Positions 20,487 through 28,965 of a stretch of DNA of 64,000 nt are shown piece after piece. Position numbers and translations under genes: made by a program. The stretch's first letter is position 1. Each line of letters begins with the position of its first letter. The stretch covers positions 384,001 to 448,000 of the forward strand of contig CAWAUM010000005.1 in the NCBI GenBank assembly GCA_963785235.1. Reading direction: 5' to 3'. The notes beneath the pieces were generated by a model. That model was not told the origin of the DNA and made no database searches. It worked only from the letters and a program-made list of their open reading frames with translations. This DNA comes from an uncultured delta proteobacterium. GTDB lineage: Bacteria; Desulfobacterota; Desulfomonilia; UBA1062.

Positions 20487-21650
20487 TTATTTTTTCTTGC
20501 CTCCGAAGAGTCCTTGAAGCGTACTCCCCGCACCCTTTACTACCCCTGCAGCCGCATCCACACCCTCTTTCCCAAGGGAAGCTGCTCCTTTGGCAACCCC
20601 GATGATACTAATATTGAGGAGATCGGCCATGGAGAAGGCAATCCGTTGCTTCATGGTCTCGTTCAGCGAGAACGTGGGATTGTTGATGTCACCTTCCAGG
20701 ACAAAGTCCAGGGTAATACTGTTTCCTTTGTCCTTCAGGAATGTCAGCACAGCATCACGGGGGACTCCCATGAAGGTGCCCATAATACCTTTTGACGGGG
20801 CGAGTGTCAGGTTTGAGATGGTCATCCTCCCGGGTGCCTTCAGCCTGTTCTTGCGCACATCCGATTGCAGATCAAGGTCGAAGGTGCCCTTATTAACACC
20901 CGTATCATTTGCCTTTATGAGATAAGGTTCTATGGCCTTCATATCCACTTTTCTGAGCTGCAGCTTAACGGAGGAATCTTTGGTAGAGAGATCAGCCCAT
21001 CCTGAGATATCAACACGGCCATCCTGATGAATCCCTTTCACTACCCCCTTGATAGTAAACTTGCTCCTGGCATTCAGTGCCGGGGCGACCATGTCATCTA
21101 TAGTTACCTGGATTTTTTCCAGCCTTATCTTCAAAGGATGCCGAGCTACTGTGGCATCAAAGAATTCCACTATGCCATCTTTCAGTATGATGTTTCCAAT
21201 AATCACTTTATAAGGGGAAACAGCCGGTGTCAAAGTCCTTTCAGGGTTAACTTTTTTAGACAACAGGCTTGGGAGCATAAGCAGCTTACCTGCCTTGGTC
21301 CGATAGAGAGAAATATAGGGGTTTGCTACAGTTATGGAATGGATACGATACTGCCCGGAAAACAAGCTTCGAAAACTGGGGACTATGGTTACACGATCTG
21401 CCCGAATCGTATCGGTTGCAGGCCAGCTGCTCGATCCCTTTATTCGAAGTCCGTCGATAACTACAGCGGTCCAGCCCACCCGGATATCATGAATCTCACT
21501 GTCAGGGCCCAGGGCACCAACGACCTTTCCCTTCAGGATTCCCAGTGAAACCCGAAAGCCGACAATGCCGCCAACTATCAGTATGATGAGAGTCAACAGG
21601 CCGAGCAACCACCAACGATTTCCTTTTTTGTCAGACATGGATATACCCAT
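20487..21650 (-). CDS. DUF748/AsmA-like N-terminally anchored beta-rich protein
   Basis: N-terminal TM, beta-strand-rich body, C-terminal LKD..ITLDF.LEGDINNPTF signature. Confidence 0.7.
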   Translation of the reverse strand: MGISMSDKKGNRWWLLGLLTLIILIVGGIVGFRVSLGILKGKVVGALGPDSEIHDIRVGWTAVVIDGLRIKGSSSWPATDTIRADRVTIVPSFRSLFSGQYRIHSITVANPYISLYRTKAGKLLMLPSLLSKKVNPERTLTPAVSPYKVIIGNIILKDGIVEFFDATVARHPLKIRLEKIQVTIDDMVAPALNARSKFTIKGVVKGIHQDGRVDISGWADLSTKDSSVKLQLRKVDMKAIEPYLIKANDTGVNKGTFDLDLQSDVRKNRLKAPGRMTISNLTLAPSKGIMGTFMGVPRDAVLTFLKDKGNSITLDFVLEGDINNPTFSLNETMKQRIAFSMADLLNISIIGVAKGAASLGKEGVDAAAGVVKGAGSTLQGLFGGKKK

Positions 21651-21708
21651 TATTATAGTAGGATCTTGCCAATAAAATACAAGTAGTCAGTTTTATCAAG
21701 ATAAGGGC

Positions 21709-23016
21709 CTACTTCAGACATTGAAAAATGTCCATGCACCAGAGACACACAGCACAGGGCTCGTTGTTGATGTAACAGTCCTGGCTGAAATCCTCTCCAT
21801 CCACATAATCACACAGGGCAAAGTTACAGTTGAAACAGAACGGATAATCGTATTTAAGGACATTACGCCTGAAGTTATTGAAGTCCTTGCCGTTCCAAAT
21901 ATCCAGGATCATTCTGTCATTTAGACTTCCGAACGACTTCGGCCCTACCGCTTTCTGAAGTCCGTTGATAAAACACCTGTATTGATGCCAAAGGAAGTAA
22001 CATGGATGAATGAGACCATCCACTGATATAAAAACACATCCCTCTTCCATAAAATCACACCTGCGGGCACTCTTGGGAACAACCCCGGGGAGCTTTAAAT
22101 CAAGCCCGGTCAGAGAGGCTGACTCACGGGCCTTTTGAAAGATTGCCTCGGTTTCTTCCACCCATGAGTGCTCCATGTAAAAAAGTTTCTGGATGTTCAA
22201 TGTCACGCCTCTGCTGACTGCGTCAACCATCATGGAGTCCACCAGTTCGATTATCTGCTTGTCTTCAGGGCTCTTTTCATACTTCATATAAACATCGTGG
22301 TAACGCCTGATATCCAAGCCCTTTCTTTCTGCCTGCTGCTGATATTCGAAGAAGACAGCAACTGACTCGTCTAGATTTGCATTATAGACTGTCTGAGAAA
22401 CAAGGTCGGGATGGTATGGAAAGAGATGTGTTACAAGAGCGAAGTCCACACCCATGGATCCTGCCCATAGGATAGTATCAGGTAGCTCTTCTATGTTATC
22501 TCTTCTCAGCACGAACTCGATACCGATTTCCAAGACGGCGTTATGTTGGATCCTTGCAAGACGCAATGACTGCAGGGCATTGTGGACACCTGAAAGTTCC
22601 CCGCCTTTTCGGATGAGTCTGAACCCTTCAGGATCAACGGCGTCTATAGACAGGCAGATCTTGTCCAACCCTGCATTGATGAGATCCCGAGCAATCTTGT
22701 CGTCGATCAAGAGGCCGTTTGTCTGGAAGCCAACCCAGCTTCCCGGGGGCATTTTTTTCTTTGCCATCCGGATGAATTTGTTCAGGTCAGGATGGAGCAA
22801 CGGCTCGCCTATGCCATTGAGTATCAGGACCTCCGCAGTAGGTAAAGCCGGGAGCAGGGCATTAAATAAATCAAGGGTCATGTCTTGTTCGCAAAAGGAA
22901 TCTTTGCAGATGTTTTTCAAACACATGGGACATTGCAGGTTGCAGCGTGTCGTAATTTCAACGATCAGTTTAGTTGGGTGTGGTTTAAGCGCAGGAGATT
23001 CGTCAAAAGTCGTCAA
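21709..23016 (-). CDS. Radical SAM/SPASM putative metalloenzyme maturase
   Basis: CNLQCPMC (CX3CX2C), GIGEPLL, FQTNG; Cys-rich SPASM-like C-terminus (CFNC..CDY..DCY..PCAVCLWC..FQCL). Confidence 0.88.
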   Translation of the reverse strand: MTTFDESPALKPHPTKLIVEITTRCNLQCPMCLKNICKDSFCEQDMTLDLFNALLPALPTAEVLILNGIGEPLLHPDLNKFIRMAKKKMPPGSWVGFQTNGLLIDDKIARDLINAGLDKICLSIDAVDPEGFRLIRKGGELSGVHNALQSLRLARIQHNAVLEIGIEFVLRRDNIEELPDTILWAGSMGVDFALVTHLFPYHPDLVSQTVYNANLDESVAVFFEYQQQAERKGLDIRRYHDVYMKYEKSPEDKQIIELVDSMMVDAVSRGVTLNIQKLFYMEHSWVEETEAIFQKARESASLTGLDLKLPGVVPKSARRCDFMEEGCVFISVDGLIHPCYFLWHQYRCFINGLQKAVGPKSFGSLNDRMILDIWNGKDFNNFRRNVLKYDYPFCFNCNFALCDYVDGEDFSQDCYINNEPCAVCLWCMDIFQCLK

Positions 23017-23019
23017 AAA

Positions 23020-23844
23020 TCATTCCTCGATGCTCATATCAACGATCTCCAGATCAAAGAGATTAATGGACAGGAGCCTTCCCCGCAGCGTTGTCCCTTC
23101 ACCCAGAAGAACCTTTACGGCCTCAGCCACTTGGATGCTTGCCACCAGTGCCGGCGAAAAGCAAGGATTGCCCAGTTCTGCTTCAACACCCTTTTCCGAG
23201 GTGTATCCGCTGTAAAGCTTCTGCAAGGTCCTGTCCCCGGGATACTGTGTAGTCACCTGGCCGTACCAGCCGGCTATGCTCCCGTGAATCAATGGTATGT
23301 TCATGGATTCGCAGACATCGGCAAGGACCAGCCGCATTGGGATGCTGTCCAGGGCGTCCATCACAACCTGGGCCTGATTTAGAAGGTCTGCGCCGTTATC
23401 CTTGGAAAAGGCCTTTTGAAGGGGGATGACCGTGACAGCAGGGTTTATCTCCCCTACCCTTTGGGCCGCTGCTGCTACCTTTGATCCCCCCAGAGTTGTT
23501 AGAGTGGCATAGAGCTGGCGATTCAGGTTGTGTTCCTCAAAGACATCAGGGTCAATACAGATAATCCTTCCTATACCGATACGGGCCAGTTCTTCGATGA
23601 TGTACCCGCCAAGCCCACCGCAGCCAATCACTGCTGCACAACTTTTGAAAAGCCTCATTTGCTGTTGCCCGGATATGGTTTTCTGATTTTTTTTATAGCG
23701 TTCAGGAAGCAAATCCATGGAGAGAATCACTTCCTCCACCTGGATAAAGGAGAGGCCGAATTTCATGACAGCAGCTTCCTGATTGGAAAAAGTAATGAAA
23801 CCCTCTGCGGCATGGGTGCGTAGGAAGTCATGAAGCAGTTTCAT
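23020..23844 (-). CDS. HesA/MoeB/ThiF family adenylyltransferase
   Basis: GCGGLGG, DPDVFEEHNLNRQ, DALD, GNP motifs. Confidence 0.92.
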   Translation of the reverse strand: MKLLHDFLRTHAAEGFITFSNQEAAVMKFGLSFIQVEEVILSMDLLPERYKKNQKTISGQQQMRLFKSCAAVIGCGGLGGYIIEELARIGIGRIICIDPDVFEEHNLNRQLYATLTTLGGSKVAAAAQRVGEINPAVTVIPLQKAFSKDNGADLLNQAQVVMDALDSIPMRLVLADVCESMNIPLIHGSIAGWYGQVTTQYPGDRTLQKLYSGYTSEKGVEAELGNPCFSPALVASIQVAEAVKVLLGEGTTLRGRLLSINLFDLEIVDMSIEE

Positions 23845-24068
23845 CAGCCGCCTCCCACAGGCGGGAATATGGCAAGGGTATCCCCTTCCTTCAAAACAGT
23901 TTCAAAATCAGCGTGTCTGCTGTTGACAAAAATAATGGCAGCCTCTTTTTCAAGGATGTTCAGCACGGCTACAACATGGCGGACCACCATGCCTTCATCT
24001 CCCTCCATTACCTTCTGGTCAAAGCGTCCGTGGCGGAGTGTTGTAAAGAGTTTTACTGTTATCTTCAT
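23844..24068 (-). CDS. MoaD/ThiS ubiquitin-like sulfur carrier
   Basis: 74 aa, C-terminal FPPVGGG. Confidence 0.92.
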   Translation of the reverse strand: MKITVKLFTTLRHGRFDQKVMEGDEGMVVRHVVAVLNILEKEAAIIFVNSRHADFETVLKEGDTLAIFPPVGGG

Positions 24069-24093
24069 CTTTTAAGGTCATGTGTACAATAAT

Positions 24094-24143
24094 AAGGCCG
24101 TGCCCGGACGGTGCAATTATGCTCATCGACCCGGCACGGCCTT
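24094..24143. terminator. GC-rich stem-loop between aor and moaD
   Basis: AAGGCCGTGCC(24094-24104)/GGCACGGCCTT(24133-24143); followed by ATTATT on the - strand. Confidence 0.55.
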
Positions 24144-24151
24144 GAAGTTCA

Positions 24152-25888
24152 TTACCAGTTAAACAAAGAGTCCATTTCCTCATCCTTTACCTGGAAGGTT
24201 ATGTTATGCGGCCCCACAGGATCAGTGTAGAAAAATCGTGGAAGCCGGTCGTCCTCCTTTGTGAAACCTGCCTTGGCATTGAAATCGCGTTCCATCTTAA
24301 GCACTTTCTTGCCCAGGGCCGTTACATCATCGCCCGTGAGGTTCCAGCCATAGAAGGCATTCAGGAGGTCGATGAGGGCCTGGAAGGTTTCAGGCTGGTC
24401 AAGAACGGCAAAGGCGATGAACAGGCACATACCTGTAGAGTCGATGGCAGCGGTTGCTATCTGGAGGTTCCGGGACAGCTCCACCTGTCCTTCCGGTTTC
24501 AGCGGATCAACAAACCCGCCGTTCTTCAGGATGTTGGTTGCAATTGCATACCCGGCGGTATGGTCTGCGCCCATAGGTGTAGTGGCATACGTCACACCGA
24601 TGCCCTGGATGGCCCTGGGATCATAGGCCGGAAGCGCCTGGTTCTTCACAACCGGCACCTTCTCAACGCCAAACACCTTGCCAGCCACTGCAGCGCCGCT
24701 GCCCAGAATCTTGCCCAGTGGTGTGCCCTTGCCGACTTCCTTGATGAGCTCAATGGCAGCCTTGGCATCGCCGAACTTGGCAATACCCGCCTGCATGGCG
24801 ACTCCGATGGTTACCCCCATTTCGATTGTGTCCAACCCGAAGTTGTCATCCATGAAGTCCATCTGGGCAATGGCATCCGGGTCATCGATGCCGCAGTTGC
24901 CGCCATGGGCCCACACCGTCTCATATTCGGGCTGCTTGGTGACAAAGTGCCCGTCCTTGTCAACAAAGGTGCCGGAGCATCGGATCACGCAACCGCGGTG
25001 GCAGGCGTGCGTGGCATTGCCGCCGCGTTTGGTTTCCATGTCGGCAAAGGTCTCGCCGCTTATCTTGGATGCCCCTGCAAACTGACCGTCTTTAAAGTTG
25101 TAGCCGGGGTAACCGCCTGCCTCGTTGATGATGTTGGTGAGAACATTGGTACCGTATGCAGGCAGGGCCTGGCCGGTGACTGCGTGAGAGGTAAGCCCTG
25201 CCACAAACACCTTGTTAGCGGCACGAAACTTTTCAGGATCTTTGGGCTCGCGGTTCTTGAGACCCGTATCGTCCAGCACGATAACTTTGACTCGCTTGGC
25301 CCCCATCACAGCCCCAACACCGCCTCGTCCTGCATGACGTGAAGGGCGAACCTCCATGTCTGTTATGGCTATTGAAGATGCCGCGAGCTTCATCTCTCCA
25401 GCCGGACCGATAGAGATGCAGGTGATCTTGTCACCATAGGCCTGCTTCATCTTGTCCACCAGGTCGTAATTGGGGAGCAGCTTCAGGTCATTATCCTTCT
25501 CGATCTTCACGCCATCTTTGTTGATAATGACCTTGTAGAGATCGTCACCTTCGGGTTTGCCTTCGAAGATGATAGCTGCATAACCCAGACGAGCCAGGAC
25601 CTGGGCACCCTGCCCGCCCGAATTGGCCTCCTTGATGCCGCCTGTGAGCGGGCTTTTGCATCCAACCGAGATGCGCCCCGACATGGATGCGGCTGTGCCG
25701 CTGAGAAAACCTGGCGCAATGACCAGCTTGTTCTCTTTGCCTAAGGGGTGGCACAGCGGCGGAACCTCTTTGGAGATGACGCATGAGGTCATGGCCCTGC
25801 CCCCCAGGCCTGCATATTCGCCAAGCCCTTCAACCTTGAACTGCGGGCCCCCCTTGGACCCCATATCAATCCTCAGTATCTTATCCAT
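24152..25888 (-). CDS. aor: Aldehyde:ferredoxin oxidoreductase (W/Mo-pterin AOR family)
   Basis: KSPLTGGIKEANSGG, IGPAGE, AGRGGVGAVMG, CHRGCVIRC, EYET, GLDTI, YDPR, GADH, DSTGMC, DDRLP. Confidence 0.95.
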   Translation of the reverse strand: MDKILRIDMGSKGGPQFKVEGLGEYAGLGGRAMTSCVISKEVPPLCHPLGKENKLVIAPGFLSGTAASMSGRISVGCKSPLTGGIKEANSGGQGAQVLARLGYAAIIFEGKPEGDDLYKVIINKDGVKIEKDNDLKLLPNYDLVDKMKQAYGDKITCISIGPAGEMKLAASSIAITDMEVRPSRHAGRGGVGAVMGAKRVKVIVLDDTGLKNREPKDPEKFRAANKVFVAGLTSHAVTGQALPAYGTNVLTNIINEAGGYPGYNFKDGQFAGASKISGETFADMETKRGGNATHACHRGCVIRCSGTFVDKDGHFVTKQPEYETVWAHGGNCGIDDPDAIAQMDFMDDNFGLDTIEMGVTIGVAMQAGIAKFGDAKAAIELIKEVGKGTPLGKILGSGAAVAGKVFGVEKVPVVKNQALPAYDPRAIQGIGVTYATTPMGADHTAGYAIATNILKNGGFVDPLKPEGQVELSRNLQIATAAIDSTGMCLFIAFAVLDQPETFQALIDLLNAFYGWNLTGDDVTALGKKVLKMERDFNAKAGFTKEDDRLPRFFYTDPVGPHNITFQVKDEEMDSLFNW

Positions 25889-25923
25889 GTGACCCTCCTT
25901 TTTTATGCAGCCTAACTAGTTAA

Positions 25924-25952
25924 AATATAAGGGTCTGACCAGGTTGAGTCAA
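25924..25952 (-). promoter_or_regulatory. sigma70-type promoter for aor operon
   Basis: - strand TTGACT-17 bp-TATATT, ~35 bp upstream of the aor start. Confidence 0.6.
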
Positions 25953-26191
25953 TGGGCAGTAGGTGGCTAACAGACGAATAATATTATAAATATGCAATTG
26001 AAAGCATATTAATGCTATACTGGTTCGTCTGGGTAAAAAGCAAAACACACGCTCAAAATGTCTAGAAGCGCTATTTTACAGTTCGCAGCAAACCATCAGT
26101 AAGGTAGGGCCGATGAAAAATCCCCTTTGCATGAAAAAATGCAAACCATTTGTCCACTTTATTTTGTAAACTGCATTCCTATCCGTAATGC

Positions 26192-27322
26192 CTACCCCTC
26201 CAATGCCGCCTTCAGGTCGGCAATGATGTCGCCAGCATGCTCAATGCCCACGGAGAGTCTGAACAGGGTCTCGGTAATGCCGATGCGGATCCGCTCTTCC
26301 GCAGACATAGTAGAGTGCGAGGTGAGAGAAGGAGAGGTGATGGTGGTCTCAACGCCACCCAGGCTCACCGCAGGCTTGATAAGCTTGAGGTTCCTCACGA
26401 ACCGGTTCGGGTCAAGCTTCTCAGGGTTAATGTCAAAGGAGAGCATGGCCCCATAACCGCTCATCTGCTTTTTGGCAATGTCATGGCCGGTAAAGCCCGG
26501 CAGGCCAGGGTAGTTTACCCACATTACTTCATTGCATCCCTCAAGAAACTCGGCAATTTTCTGGGCATTGGCTGACTGGCGCTCCACGCGCAGAGACAAG
26601 GTCTTGAGACTCCTCTCCAGGAGGTAGCAGTCTTGTGCATTCAGGGTCCCGCCCAGGTGACGCGCCAGCATACGAACGGACTCAGCCTTGTCCCTTGAGG
26701 CAAGCACGGCACCGCAGCAAAGGTCACTGTGCCCGCCCAGGTACTTGGTGCCGCTGTGCACCACAATGTCGATTCCCAGCGAAATGGGGTTCTGGAGTAT
26801 GGGCGAGGCAAAGGTGTTGTCAATGATGGTAATGATGCCTTTCGCCCTGGCGAACTCCGCTACCTTCCTTATGTCTATGATACTGAGTAATGGGTTGGTG
26901 GGCGATTCGATGACTATCACCCGGGTATCTTTGGTGGCTGCCCTGCACAAGGCATCGGCATCCGTTGCGGCAAAGGTATGGCTGATGCCCAGGTTCTTGA
27001 AATCGTCCGTGGCAAAGGAGTGGGTCCCTCCATAGAGCTCGTCCATGAGCACCACATGATCTCCTGCCCTGGCAAAGGCCAGGATGGCCGTGCTCATGGC
27101 CGCCATGCCCGAGCTGAACAAAACCCCTGCCTGTGCTCCCTCCAGGGCGCAGAGCTTGCTCACCACCGCCTCCTGGTTAGGGGTGTTAAAATAGCGCGGA
27201 TATGGAGCCTTTTCCCTGTCAAGGTAGGAGGTGGCAGACGAGGTGAAGATGGGGGTGTTTATGCCGCCCGTAATGTCGTCCCTGTATGTCCCGCTATGCA
27301 CGCAAAGGGTTTCTTTTTTCAT
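26192..27322 (-). CDS. Cys/Met metabolism PLP enzyme (cystathionine gamma-synthase/lyase family)
   Basis: FSSGMAA, YGGT, ESPTNP, DNTFASP, HSGTKYLGGHSD, SLGGVET, RLSVGIE. Confidence 0.92.
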   Translation of the reverse strand: MKKETLCVHSGTYRDDITGGINTPIFTSSATSYLDREKAPYPRYFNTPNQEAVVSKLCALEGAQAGVLFSSGMAAMSTAILAFARAGDHVVLMDELYGGTHSFATDDFKNLGISHTFAATDADALCRAATKDTRVIVIESPTNPLLSIIDIRKVAEFARAKGIITIIDNTFASPILQNPISLGIDIVVHSGTKYLGGHSDLCCGAVLASRDKAESVRMLARHLGGTLNAQDCYLLERSLKTLSLRVERQSANAQKIAEFLEGCNEVMWVNYPGLPGFTGHDIAKKQMSGYGAMLSFDINPEKLDPNRFVRNLKLIKPAVSLGGVETTITSPSLTSHSTMSAEERIRIGITETLFRLSVGIEHAGDIIADLKAALEG

Positions 27323-27366
27323 GATTCGCATCCTTCCGAAAGTACAAGACATGAAGTGTCAGCAGG

Positions 27367-27741
27367 TCATTTGGCCGGTGATGCCTTGCAGTCATTGCCC
27401 TCATGGCTCCACGATGTGATTGTTCCGGTTTGATCCAGAACAAAACTGGTTTTACACCACAAGATCTTCTTATAAATATCCGGGGTATCAATGTAATTTT
27501 CAGGTAATATGGATAAATACGGCTCCCCGACATTTTTTTCCACGACACGGTACCTGCTGTATTCAATTACTGTTCTCCCATCCGGAAGGTTATAGCTTTT
27601 GTTCGGTTGTCCAAAAACCAATACCAGGTCTTCTTCATTTGAACCGATCAAGGCATTCAACGCCTTTTCATAATTTCTGGTGGTTGCACACCCTGATACA
27701 AGTATCAATAAGATGAGAATTATTCTCTGCCATCCCCTCAT
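27367..27741 (-). CDS. Hypothetical lipoprotein
   Basis: Lipobox LVSGC, GGAG SD, terminal WSHEGNDC. Confidence 0.7.
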   Translation of the reverse strand: MRGWQRIILILLILVSGCATTRNYEKALNALIGSNEEDLVLVFGQPNKSYNLPDGRTVIEYSRYRVVEKNVGEPYLSILPENYIDTPDIYKKILWCKTSFVLDQTGTITSWSHEGNDCKASPAK

Positions 27742-28390
27742 GTGTCCATGTCCTCTCCAGCTTGCATATTACTAAAATATTGTTGTGCCTGCCTTTGTCA
27801 AGGGGAAGCATAACCAGGATTATGTGGAGATATCACATGAAGTGGCCTGTCTTGCATTACGGAAAAATTGTCTTAGTATATGCCTAGGAGGAAAAAGTGG
27901 AGTTTATGGAAAGCATTATTGTTCAACATCCATAAATTGAGCGATATCAGAAAAAAATATTTCTCACTTTTTACCGTTTGCATTATGGATATAGAAAGGA
28001 AGCCGATTGCGTCTGATGTTGATCTGTTTCCTGGCCCGCCATTTTATCATAATGATAAAGATAGGCCATCAGGGACTTCCTACTCCATCGACCTGAAGAT
28101 TTAATTGATATATTCGTATTTATTAAAAGATAATAGTGACATATTTTTTCTGAAGCTATACAAGATGCTGCACATGTACAGCAAGTCATGTGCATGTACT
28201 GGATTAACCATCTATCTGAATCTGGCGGCGGGTGAAGGGAAATGTCAGCATCTGATTACAGAATGCAACTGGATTTCAAGACTTGGATCGCCGTATCTGG
28301 GACATTATTTTCATGGAACCAGGCGTGATCAATTAATGAATAATCAGCACATGGTTGCGATAGAAACGTTTTATTCATAGGAGACCACAA

Positions 28391-28876
28391 ATGGATAATC
28401 TTATTATCCGTCAAGTAGAATCATCTGATTATCAACCCATTATCTCTGTGCTTAATGATTGGTGGGGTGGCCGGAATATGAGCGACATGCTCCCAAAGCT
28501 CTTTTTTGTCCACTTCCGGAACACAAGCTTTGTGTCTGAATGTAATGGAAAGATAGTGGGTTTTCTCATCGGATTCTTATCACAAACTTTTCCAAACCAG
28601 GCTTATATCCACTTTGCAGGGGTTCAACCTGATTGTCGGAGGAAAGGACTTGCGGGCAATATCTACAGACATTTTTTTGAAATTGCCCGGGAACATGGCT
28701 GTAAATTTGTCCGCAGTGTTACCTCGCCGGTTAACAAAGTATCCATTGCATTTCATCTTCGCCTGGGTTTCAGCATTGAGCCGGGTGACAAGTTCATAGA
28801 AGGTATTTCAGTGACTGAGAACTATGATGGGCAAGGCAGTGACCGGGTTCTGTTTGTAAAATCCCTCAGTGCATAA
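28391..28876 (+). CDS. GNAT family N-acetyltransferase
   Basis: WWGGR, YIHFAGV.PD.RRKGLA, TSPVN..SIAFH..LGF. Confidence 0.9.
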   Translation: MDNLIIRQVESSDYQPIISVLNDWWGGRNMSDMLPKLFFVHFRNTSFVSECNGKIVGFLIGFLSQTFPNQAYIHFAGVQPDCRRKGLAGNIYRHFFEIAREHGCKFVRSVTSPVNKVSIAFHLRLGFSIEPGDKFIEGISVTENYDGQGSDRVLFVKSLSA

Positions 28877-28965
28877 CAAACGCATCCAGATTGTCGCAAG
28901 GGAAATCGGGGATAGGTTCACAATGAACTTACCCTATCTTTTTGAAATATAAACCACTTTTACGG

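Noticed and set aside
24206-25342. 378-aa ORF antisense to aor
   Set aside because: Shadow ORF caused by GC3-biased codons of aor; no recognisable motifs
21709-25888. Selenocysteine recoding in the AOR cluster
   Set aside because: No in-frame TGA interrupts a conserved domain; the 24094-24143 hairpin is intergenic
27742-28390. Short ORFs 27880-28104 and 28105-28380 and a TGCACATG/CATGTGCA hairpin
   Set aside because: No SD or recognisable motifs; may be decayed sequence but nothing supportable
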